From the NCBI RefSeq assembly GCF_963921235.1, contig NC_086098.1:109678001-109742000 (forward strand): a stretch of DNA of 64,000 nt, given 5' to 3'. Shown here piece by piece: positions 11,980 to 22,319 of this stretch. Position numbers and translations under genes: made by a program. Below the pieces are notes generated by a model, which was not told the origin of the DNA, ran no database searches, and saw only the letters and a list, made by a program, of their open reading frames with translations. Position 1 is the first letter of the stretch, and each line of letters starts with the position of its first letter. This DNA is from Mobula hypostoma. Lineage: Eukaryota.

Positions 11980-13590
11980 GATCCCACTTCCTCCAAACTA
12001 AAGGTGTAGCCATGGGCACCCATATGGGTCCTAGCTATGCCTGTCTTTTTGTTGGCTTTGTGGAACAATCTATGTTCCACACCTATTCTGGTGTCTGTCC
12101 CCCACTTTTCCGTTGCTACATCGACGACTGCATTGGCGCTGCTTCCTGCACGCATGCTGAGCTTGTTGACTTCATTAACTTTGCCTCCAACTTTCAACCT
12201 GCCCTCAAGTTTACCTGGTCCATTTCTAACACCTATCTCCTCTTTCAAGATCTTTGTCTCAATCTCTGGAGACAGCTTATCTACTGATGTCTACTCTAAG
12301 CCTACTGACTCTCACAGCTATCTGGATTATTCCTCTTCTCACCCTGTCTCTTGCAAAAATGCCATCCCCTTCTCGCAATTCCTCCGTCTCTGCCGCATCT
12401 GCTCTCAGGATGAGGCTTTTCATTCCAGGACGAGGGAGATGTCCTTTTTTCAAGAAAGGGGCTTCCCTTCCTCCACCATCAACTCTGCTCTCAAACGCAT
12501 CTCCCCCATTTCACGCACATCTGCTCTCACTCCATCCTCCCATCACCCCACTAGGAATAGGGTTCCCCTGGTCCTCCAGGTCCAACATATTATTCTCCGT
12601 AACTTCCGCCACCTCCAACGGGATCCCACCACTAAGCACATCTTTCCTTCCCCCCCCCCCGCTTTCCGCAGGGATCGCTCCCTACGTGACTACCTTGTCC
12701 ATTCATCCCCCCCATCCCTCCCCACTGATCTCCCTCCTGGCACTTATCCTTGTAAGCGGAGCAAGTGCTGCACATGCCCTTACACTTCTTCCCTTACCAC
12801 TATTCAGGGCCCCAGACAGTCCTTCCTGGTGAGGCAACACTTCACCTGTGAGTCAGCTGGGGTGATATACTGCGCCCGGTGCTCCCGATGTGGCCTTCTA
12901 TATATTGGCGAGACCTGACGCAGACTGGGAGACCGCTTTGCTGAACACCTACGCTCTGTCTGCCAGAGAAAGCAGGATCTCCCAGTGGCCACACATTTTA
13001 ATTCCACATCCCATTCCCATTCTGACATGTCTATCCACGGCCTCCTCTACTGTAAAGATGAAGCCACACTCAGGTTGAAGGAACAACACCTTATATTCCG
13101 TCTGGGTAGACTCCAACCTGATGGCATGAACATTGACTTCTCTAACTTCCGCTAATGCCCCACCTCCCCCTCGTACCCCATCCGTTATTTATTTATATAC
13201 ACACATTCTTTCTCTCTCTCTCCTTTTTCTCCCTCTGTCCCTCTGACTATACCCCTTGCCCATCCTCTGGGTTTCCCCCCCTCCCCCTTTTCCTTCTCCC
13301 TGGGCCTCCTGTCCCATGATCCTCTCATATCCCTTTTGCCAATCACCTGTCCAGCTCTCGGCTCCATCCCTTCCCCTCCTGTCTTCTCCTATCATTTCGG
13401 ATCTCTCCCTTCCCCTCCCACTTTCAAATCTCTTACTAGCTCTTCCTTCAGTTAGTCCTGACGAAGGGTCTCGGCCCAAAACGTCAACTGTACCTCTTCC
13501 TAGAGATGCTGCCTGGCCTGCTGCGTTCACCAGCAAATTTGCTGTGTGTTGCTTGAATTTCCAGCATCTGCAGAATTCCTCGTGTTTATG
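11980..13590 (+). mobile_element. Penelope-like element (RT plus GIY-YIG endonuclease), 5'-truncated and frameshifted
   Basis: QTKGVAMGTHMGPSYACLFVG and YIDD (PLE RT); KPTDSHSYLDY; VIYCARCSRCGLLYIGET (GIY-YIG); pyrimidine-rich 3' region with hammerhead motif. Confidence 0.93.
13453..13490 (+). ncRNA. Minimal type I hammerhead ribozyme motif, mutated (GAAA to AAAA)
   Basis: tagtc-CTGACGA-agggtctcggccc-AAAAC-GTC-aactg. Confidence 0.7.
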
Positions 13591-13614
13591 GATTGATTCT
13601 GTTACGGCTATTCT

Positions 13615-13880
13615 TTTATTTATTTATTTGTTGAGATACAGCATGAAGTAGGCCCTTCCAGCCCCTTGAGCTATGCCCCCAGCAATCCCCAATTTAATCC
13701 TAGCCTAATCATGGGACAATGTACAATAACCAATTAACCTACCAACCGGTATATCTTTGGATTGTGGGAGGAAACCCACGCAGTCATGGGGAGAACAGAC
13801 AAACTCCTCATAGGCAATTGAACCCGGGTCGCCTGTACAGTAAAGCATTGTGCTAACCACTGTGCTCCCATGCCACCCCA
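13615..13880 (-). mobile_element. tRNA-derived V-SINE-like element
   Basis: Reverse complement has a tRNA-like head (gtggttagcac...gggttcaa) and V-domain-like ttctccccatgactgcgtgggtttcctcccac. Confidence 0.7.
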
Positions 13881-14846
13881 ATTCTATTGTGGATTTACTG
13901 AGTATGCCTGCAAAAAATGAATCTCAGAGTTGTATATGGTGACACAGATGAACTTGCATAATAAATTTACTTTGAGCTTTGATTTTATTTCTGTGGATCA
14001 TCAAAGCCTTGAATTTACTAGTGCTTTAACATCACCAATATGCTATCAAATCTTTTTAACTCAAACAATTTTGTCATATTAGGTCACTATCAAACTGTAA
14101 AATAAACTGAGATTATAAACTCATATTATGATTTGCGCAGTCCTTGATTATGCAGTTAGCCCTAGAACTGGTCAGATATTCATTTTCACTCATTGCAGTT
14201 TAGATCCTAGGGACCACATGGAATGTGACCTAAATAATAATCTAGTGAATTTTAATTTAAAATGGCTAGAATTAGATGGTTTATAATGTGACTGAGGCAG
14301 AACTGATATGTTGTTTCTAACAATTAAAACATGATATGACTATAATTAAATATAACAATCTCTTGCAATTTTAAATATGCTGTCTTCCTTTCCAAAAGCA
14401 ACTTTGAACTTAATCTATTCAGATCATTACCTGAATGTCCTTGTTATACAGGACTGAAGGAAAAAACATAAGATTAACTTTCCATTATCATGCCTAGAAA
14501 ATCAACTGAGTGTTACCTGTCTACTAAGAAAAACAGATTTATTTTTTAAGTATTTAATTATTTCAATAACATATTTAAACTCAGCAGCAGATGTATATCC
14601 TAACTTTCGAAAAGAATGATTCTTTGCAGCAGATTAGCTAATGACATTTCCTTTTACAGTATTCTGTTGTGCAGTGTATTCTGCAGTGGTGCAACAAGGT
14701 AGATGGAGTGGAGGTGCTTTGTCCGTTCTTTGATATCCTCAGTCTGTCATTGACAACAGCTCATTTGGAGGCAGAGGGGGTAGAACATATGACTGAACTT
14801 GCACTGAACAGATACTTGAACAGCAAACAAAGTGAATGTATTCTGA

Positions 14847-14984
14847 ACACAAACAAGGCAAAATCTGCAGATGCTGGAAATCCAAGTAACACACACAAAA
14901 TGAAGAGGAACTCAGCAGGCCAGGCTTTTTTTCATAGATGCTGCCTGGCCTGCTGAGTTCCTCCAGCATTTTGTGTGTGTTACT
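14847..14984. mobile_element. Mini inverted PLE-end insertion (two 3' termini facing outward)
   Basis: caagtaacacacacaaaatg..gaggaactcagcaggccaggc and its reverse complement; 14-bp TSD tgaatgtattctga at 14833-14846 and 14985-14998. Confidence 0.85.
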
Positions 14985-15189
14985 TGAATGTATTCTGATT
15001 GCTGAGTCTTGCAACTTCTCCCAATAAGTCTTACATTTCTTCAGGATAGATTTGAATGGAGAATAGTTACATTAAAATTATGTGCATTAAATCAATCACA
15101 TTTATAGTGTAGTTATCTTCCAGATTGATTTCCTAAATAATCAACTTTAGTATGGTTGTGTGAAGTATAATAACCAAATAGCTTCCTGT

Positions 15190-15770
15190 TGCCCTTCACT
15201 TTAATTCTGTATCCCGTGCCCATTCTGATCCATCGGACTGTGGCCTCCTGCAGTGTTACCACGAGGCCCAACACAAGCTTGGGGAACTTCCTTCATCTTT
15301 ATCAAGGCACGTTGCAGCTTTCTGAACTCAATAATTCAGGTTACTTGATTCATCTGTATCAGTTGTCCATCTGTGATATTGGCTTAGCTTGTTCTTTTCC
15401 CGCCTGTGAAAGTGAAGGAGGACATGGCTAGCCTAATTTGCTGGTCTTGCCTTCATGGTCCGTACTTCAACACCTAGGCTGTATTATTAATTTCTGTTTG
15501 CACTTTACAACTACTTCCACTCATTCATTGGCAAAATAGCCTTGTTCACAATATCACTATGGTCACCTCAGCTTTACTCTAACAGAGACATCTGCGCTCT
15601 CTTGGTACAGTAAATTTCTTTTCACTCCTTCCCAATCCTGACAAAGGATCTTCAATCTAGACATTAACCCTGCTTCTCTTTGAACAGGTACAAACTCTTC
15701 TGCAGAGTAATTCCACAATTTTCTGTTTTTACTTTAGATTTCTAGCATCTGTAGTTTGTTTTAATTTTCA
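15190..15770 (+). mobile_element. Decayed PLE 3' part
   Basis: cacttaattc..cccattctga..ggcctcct-like segment matches the end of the GIY-YIG region; degenerate cctgacaaaggatc hammerhead remnant; tail ttctagcatctgtag. Confidence 0.55.
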
Positions 15771-15942
15771 TATCATCATTACATGTTGCCATTCTCAAAG
15801 TGTAGGAAGTTTTCGACAAGATAATTGCAGCTTTAACCATTAAATCAAACTTAGAGGAATGTTCTAAAACAAGCTTATTTAAAAATACACCAACGTGATT
15901 TTGCTAGCCTAATAGCTACAATAGTTAAGAAATAGAACTTAC

Positions 15943-16057
15943 TGAGATAAAGATGTTTAATAGATTCTCTAAGGTTGGAAGCTGAGGAATCAGTTTCTGC
16001 ACCACTTTGCTAAATGCTTCAAATATTGAATGGTCATAAATACTTGTCAAATAGAAA
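15943..16057 (-). CDS. RRAGD: RRAGD exon 4: (S)[38 protein letters not shown]
   Basis: tttctcacag acceptor, gtaagt donor, 115 nt; contains G5 motif TSIY. Confidence 0.95.
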
Positions 16058-16789
16058 CTGTGAGAAATAAAAGAACTATTGTTAATGACTAGATATTGTT
16101 AACCTCTTTAAAAAGCATATTAAGTTATGCAGAATGCAGAGAAAAAAATCAATGCTATTATGAACATATGGAATCCAGTGAGAATCTTACAGTTTATCGT
16201 GGGAACATCAAGATAATTTCTTCCACTGCACTCAACTTTAAAGACATCCTTCAGAGCCCACTGTCAATCTGAAGCAGTATCATCATTGATAATCTTCTTA
16301 ACACCAAAAATCATAATGGGATCAAAGCAAATGGTTTCTTACACAAGGTTGTTGGAGAAATACTCCTTATATTTCCCTCACATCATTACTCATTGTAGTG
16401 CTAGACCTGGTAGTTGAGGGTTATGGAGAACATGTTAATCTTAATCTTAATTTACAAATCCTTTCCACAGATTTATAATTTGAGACAGCCAGGATAAAGT
16501 AGGTATATTACACAGCATCAGATGGAAATTTCAACTGTTTCATTTCCTTTTCCCAGCTTATAAAATTTCATTGAAATACACCTTCCAGTTTTATTTCATT
16601 TATTGCGTCGCATGCATAAATGTTAGTTTATATGCCTGCAGGCATATTTGTGATTTTACTGTACCTGTTGTAGGACGGAGTTCTCATTTAACCCCAGCTC
16701 CAGTGGATCTTACAGGGTCAGGGACACAGGAATGTTTTTGGTGAGCTAGTATTCCCATTGAAAAAGAATCATATGCCTCTGCTGGTGAG

Positions 16790-17930
16790 ACCATAGAACA
16801 GTAAATCATGGGAACAGAATTAGGCTATTTGCCATTCAAATTCCACTATTATCCTTCTCAAAGTCATTCTCCTATCTTCTCCCTGTAATCTTTGATGCCC
16901 TAATTCATCAGAACCTATCAACCTCTCCTTTAAATATACCCAATGACTTGGCCTCCACACATATTTGTGGCAATGAATTCCACAGATTCACCACCCTCTA
17001 GCTAAAAAGGTTCCTCCTCATCTCTGTTCTACATGGACATCCCTCCATTCTGAGGCTGTACTCTCTGGTACTAGAGTCCCCAAATGTAGGAAACATCCTC
17101 TCCACAGGCCTTTCAATATTTGATAAGTTTCAATGAGATCCCACCCGCATTCTTCTAAACTCCAATGAGTACAGGCCCAGAGCTCATACATTAACCTTCT
17201 ATTTTCACTGAACCTCCTCTAGACCCTCTCCAACGCCAGCACATACTTTCTTAGATAAGGGGCCTAAAAATGCTAACAATACCCCAAGTGCAATCTAACC
17301 AATATCTTATAAAATCTCAGCATTACATGGTTGCTCTTATATTCTACTCTTCTTGAAATGAACGCTAACATTGCATTTACCTTCCTTACCACCAACTCAA
17401 CCTGCAAGCTAACCGTAAGGGATCCTGCACAAGGACTCACAAGTCCCTTTGCAGCTGTTGATTTCTGAATTTTCTCCCAGTGCAGAAAATTGTCTACACC
17501 TTTATTTCTTCTACCAAAGTGCATGACCATACACTTCCCTACATGATATTCCATCTTCCGCTTCTTTGCCCATTCTCCTGATCTGTCCAAGTCCTTCTCC
17601 AGACTCCCTGCATCCTCAACATTCGTGTCCCTCCACCTATCTACATATTGTCCACAAACTTGGCCACAAAGCCATCAGTTGTGTGTTCCAAATCACTGAC
17701 ATACAACATGAAAAGAAATGGCCCCAACACCGACCCTTGCAGAACGCCACTAGTCACCGGCAGTCAACCAGAAAAGTCCCCCTATACTCCCACTCTTTCC
17801 CTCCAGCAGTCAGCCAATTTTTTTAATCTTTCCCTTAATACAATGGGCTCTATCTTGTTTAGTAATCTCATGTGTGGCACCTTGTCAAAGGCCTTTTGAA
17901 AATCTAAGTAAACAATATCCAATTACTCCC
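16790..17930 (-). mobile_element. CR1 LINE 3' fragment, decayed
   Basis: ORF 17273-17590 EWAKKRKMEYHVGKCMVMHFGRRN...YKILVRLHLGYC. Confidence 0.88.
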
Positions 17931-18332
17931 CTGTTATTTGCCTGAGAGGGATAGAAAACCGCCATTTTGTTTCCTGTTTTATTCTGGTACTGCAAGCCGA
18001 ATGATAAACTTTTTTAGCCTGGTTGAACTCTCAAGGAAATTCTCTTATATCCAATGAATTGGTACAACACTTTAGCAATTTCCTTCTATTTGAGACCTTC
18101 GGTTCCAGAATGGCATTTTATGTATTTTAAGCTTCTGGCATTTCAGCATGACACAAATATCACTCAGAACTAGGAAGTCATGCTCTCCAATCAACAGATT
18201 AGCCTTGCCTGCCTTAACATGATTCATCTGTGAAAAGACCTACGCTCCAATTCTGTGCAATAATCCTCTGCAACACACACAAAACTCTGGAGGAACTCAG
18301 CAGGCCAGGCAGCATCCATGGAAGAGAGTAAA

Positions 18333-18370
18333 TAGTTGATGTTTCGTGCCGAGACCCTTCATCAGGACTG
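18333..18370 (-). ncRNA. Minimal hammerhead ribozyme motif (core intact, stems partly decayed)
   Basis: Minus strand CAGUC-CUGAUGA-AGGGUCUCGGCAC-GAAAC-AUC-AACUA. Confidence 0.7.
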
Positions 18371-19236
18371 GAGAAAAGAAACGAGGAGTCAGCGGAACAG
18401 GGTGGGGGGGGAGGGGAGGAAGAAACACAAGGTGATTGGAGAAACCGGGAGGGAGGAGGGATGAAGTAAAGAGCTGGGAAGTTGATTGGTGAAAGGGATA
18501 CAGGGCTGGAGAAGGGGGAATCTGATTGGAGAAGACAGAAAGCCATGGAAGAAAGAAAAGGGGGAGGAGCACCAGAGGGAGGTGATGGGCAGGTAAGGAG
18601 GTAAGGTGAGAGGGAAATTGGAATGGGGAATGGTGAAGGGGGCGGTGTGGGTTGGTCATTACCGGAAGTTCAAGAAATTGATGTTCATGCTATCAGGCTG
18701 GAGTCTACCCAGGCGGAATACAAGGTGTTGTGTTGTTCCTCCAACCTGAGTGTGGCCTCATTGTGACTGTAGAAAAGACCATGGACTGACATGTCAGAAT
18801 GGGAATGGGAAGTAGAATTAAAATGGGTGGAATATCCCACTTTTTCTGACGGATGGAGCGTAGGTGCTCGGCAAAGAGGTCTCCCAATCTACTTCGGGTC
18901 TCACCGATATACTGGAGGCCACACCAGGATACAGTAGATGACTCCAACAGACTCACAGGTGAAGTGTCATCTCACCTGGAAGGATTGTTTGGGGCCCTGA
19001 ATGGAAGTGAGGGAGGAGGTGTAGGGGCAAGTGTAGTACTTGTTCCACTTGCAAGGATAAGTGCCAGGAGGGGGATCAGTGGGGAGGGACAAACGGACAA
19101 GGGAGTTGCTTAGGGAGCAATCCCTGTGGAACGCAAAGGGGGGGGGAGGAGAAGATGTGCTTGGTGGTGGGATCCCATTGGAGATGGGGGAAGTTACGGA
19201 GAATTATGTGCTGGACATGGAGGCTGGTGGGGTGGT

Positions 19237-20149
19237 CATCATCATAGCTTGTCACACCAGACAGCCAGCCACTCTAGTGTTGTTTGGTTGATGTTGAGCA
19301 GGTCAGTGTCAGCTAAACCAGGTGAGGGTGGGCAGTTGCACAGAACGTATTCAATGTCCTGCACCCTTTCGCCACACTCACAGGATTCGCTGCTCTTTAA
19401 ACCCCACTTCACCATATTGTCTCCCGTCCTACAAACTCCCGCTCTCACTCTGTCAAGCAGTGCCCCATCTGGCAACATTTCTGTGGGATCTTGCACTGTA
19501 TTGTTTGGTGGGGTTCTGGCTTCTGTTTGATGGCAGAGGTCAATCCTGTATGTTTGGGGGGATGTTCCGTGCGGTAGTTCCTCCACTGTAGCAAACCTTT
19601 TCCTCGATCTTAGGCTGTTGGAAACTGGCACATGATGATGTAGTGGGTGAAGTGGATCCAAGTTCTATTTACCTTTTTCAATTTTTGTTGTAGTGTGTCT
19701 CCGGATCTTTGGGGGATCAATGCCCGCAAGTCTGTAAATGATGTTAGTGGGTGTGGGGCGCAGTGTGCCCGTGATTATTCAGCAGGCTTTGTTAAGCAAT
19801 GGGTCTATTTTCTTTGCATGGGCTGATCTGCCCCACACAGGTGCACAGTATTCTGCAGGTGCATAGCAGAGTGCTAGGGCAGTTGATCTAAGTGTGTGAA
19901 CATTAGCTCTCCATTTCGTGCCTGCTAATTTTTTCAAGAGAGAATTGTGAGAGCCAACTTTCCCTTGGAGTTTTTGGATGTGGGTGGCAAATGAGAGCGT
20001 CCTATCCAGTGTCACGCCCAGAAATTGGAGTCGGATGGTGTTCGAGCTCCTTTCCACACCAGAAGATCTCAAGTTTCCGAACTGATTCTCGATTCCTCAG
20101 GTGGAATGCACACGCTTGAGTTTTTGATGGATTTGGGTTCAGAGACCAA
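19237..20149 (-). mobile_element. Vingi/Ingi-clade LINE 3' fragment nested in the PLE
   Basis: LGVTLDRTLSF..LKKLAGTKW.AN..TLRSTALALCYAPAEYCAPVW; C-terminal CECGERVQDIEYVLCNC; (tga)n tail; 10-bp TSD gtggggtggt at 19227-19236 and 20150-20159. Confidence 0.75.
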
Positions 20150-20944
20150 GTGGGGTGGTAAGTTAGGACAAGAGGAACCCTACCCCTGTTGGGGTGATAG
20201 GAGGATGGGTTGAGGGCAGATGTGTGCGAAATGGAAGAGGTATGGTTGAGGGCGGCGTTGATGGTGGAGGAAGGAAAGCCCCTTTCTTTGAAGAAGGACA
20301 TCTTCTTAGTTCTGAAATGAAAAGCCTCACCTCAAGAGCAGATGTGACGAAGATGGAGGAACTGAGAGAAGGGGATAGCATTTTAACAAGTAACAGGATG
20401 GTGGAAGAAGGGAAGCCCCTTTCTTTGAAGAAGGAGGACATCTCCTTAGTGATGATAATGGTAATAATCCTCTGCTTTCTCTGAAGAATCAGAAATATGC
20501 ATGTTTTAGTGAGGTACAGAAAAGTTCCAATTTCTTTTAATTCCAAGGAATTCATTCAATTATTCTCAAATGGCTTCCCGTATGAAGAAATTTTCTGGCA
20601 TTTGAATAATGTTGTTTCCTGAATTTACCAACAAATGCAATAGAGGAGCAATAGGCTCCTCTTATGAGAGTACTGCAATAGCAACAAAAGTGGTTGACCT
20701 AAAATACTTACCTTTCTATTTTACACACTTTTCAATGAACACCCATGTATAATCGCTGAAAGTTTGACAATGCAAATCTGATTGAAAACCGATGTAGGGT
20801 CTGAAAATTGCACAATACATACATGATACAGAACTAGATTAAATCAGTACTTTTACACAAGATACATTTTGCATTACCGAAGTTCATTGCCAGAATAGAG
20901 GCATTCAGTGCATAGCAGGAATTATACTTTCAGGGGATTCTCAC

Positions 20945-21144
20945 CTGAGATGAATTTTTTCCAAACCAGCATCCGCAAGGTCGTCATTTGCTCGTTGGTG
21001 GATATCTCTCTGCGTTTCTATCTTGTGGTCATCAGATAAACCATCTACTTTATGAATGAAAACTTCAAAATTGATCTCTTTGTTCACTTTGTATGCCCTG
21101 GATACAGTAAGATGCAGTCTGGCCAAGGCTTCCATATAATCATC
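20945..21144 (-). CDS. RRAGD: RRAGD exon 3: [21 protein letters not shown]...[11 protein letters not shown]...LEKIHL
   Basis: attcag acceptor, gtgaga donor, 200 nt; G4 motif HKVD; ALARLHLTV and EKIHL are RagD-type rather than RagC-type. Confidence 0.96.
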
Positions 21145-21246
21145 CTGAATTTCATCAAAGAAAAAAATATTTCAGAATGTGTACTTAAGGATAAAACAGA
21201 ATTACTACAGTAGGCCAATTTCCTCCTCATCTGGATGTTTGTATAA

Positions 21247-21905
21247 AGTTCAAAGTAAATTTGTTATCAAAGTACATACATGTCACCATATGAGATTCAT
21301 TTTCTTGTCGGCACTCACAGTATATACTAGAAACACAATAGAATCAATGAAATACAGCACCCAATAGGATAGACAAACAACCAGTGTGCAAGACAACAAA
21401 CTGTACAAATATTAAAAATAAATAATAATAAAAAAAACAATAAATATTGAGAACATAAGATGAAAGATCCTTGAAAGTGAGTCCATAGGTTGTGGGAACA
21501 GTTCAGTGATGGGACGTATCATGTTGAGTGAAGTTATCTCCTCTGGTTCAAGAGCCTGATGGTTGAGGGATAGTACTTGTTCCTGAACGTGGTGAGGTGG
21601 GTGCTGAGGCTCTTGTACCTTCTTTCTGATGACCGCAGTGAGAAGAGAGCATGGTCTGGATGGTGGGGGTCCTAGATAATGGACGCTGCTTTCCTGTGCC
21701 AGTGCTGTGTGTAGATGTACTCAATGGTGGGGTGGGCTTTACCTATGATGAACTGGCCGTATCCACTACTTTTTGTCAGCTTTTCCGTACAAGGGCATTG
21801 GTCTTTCCATATCAGGCTATGATGCAACCAGTCAATATACTCTCCACCACACATCTATGGGAATTTGTCAAAGTTTAAGGTGTCATTGCGAATCTTCACA
21901 AACTT
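21247..21905 (-). mobile_element. Rex1/Babar LINE 3' end
   Basis: PTIEYIYTQHWHRKAASII; aataacaaatttactttgaacttt-like tail on minus strand. Confidence 0.75.
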
Positions 21906-22214
21906 ATCAGTTAAGGTCTCCCCCAACTTTTGGCTGCACGCACAGATTACCACTCTGATCTTTCAGATGACTATTTTGTCCCTTGCTATCCTTTTGCTCT
22001 TAGTCTCATATGTCATAGTCACATATATATATAGATAGGGTGCCTGAGACATTGACACAGTATTGTATATACTAAATGTTTACCAATATTAACAAAAACT
22101 CATCTCACAGATATTGCTGTTCCAAGAGAAAATAAAGAGAGGATGGAGATGGATGTCTTTCCACCATGTGTTTCAAATCAAATCAAAATTAATCCACACA
22201 GAAAAAACAGTTTA

Positions 22215-22286
22215 CGGTACTGTGCAAAAGTCTTAGGCACACACCCATATTTTAGCTATAGTGCTTAAGTCCTTTTCACTGTACTG
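22215..22286. mobile_element. Tc1-derived miniature inverted repeat (72 bp); a lone arm also at about 22038-22066
   Basis: TA-cggtactgtgcaaaagtcttaggcac...gtgcttaagtccttttcactgtactg-TA. Confidence 0.75.
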
Positions 22287-22319
22287 TATGACCACATTAA
22301 CAGGATTATATTATACACC

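Larger units (their letters stand above)
18270..20450 (-). mobile_element. Penelope-like element, interrupted by a Vingi/Ingi-type LINE
   Basis: CGLQYIGETRSRLGDLFAEHL (GIY-YIG); MSFFKERGFPSSTINAAL; hammerhead motif at 18333-18370. Confidence 0.9.
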
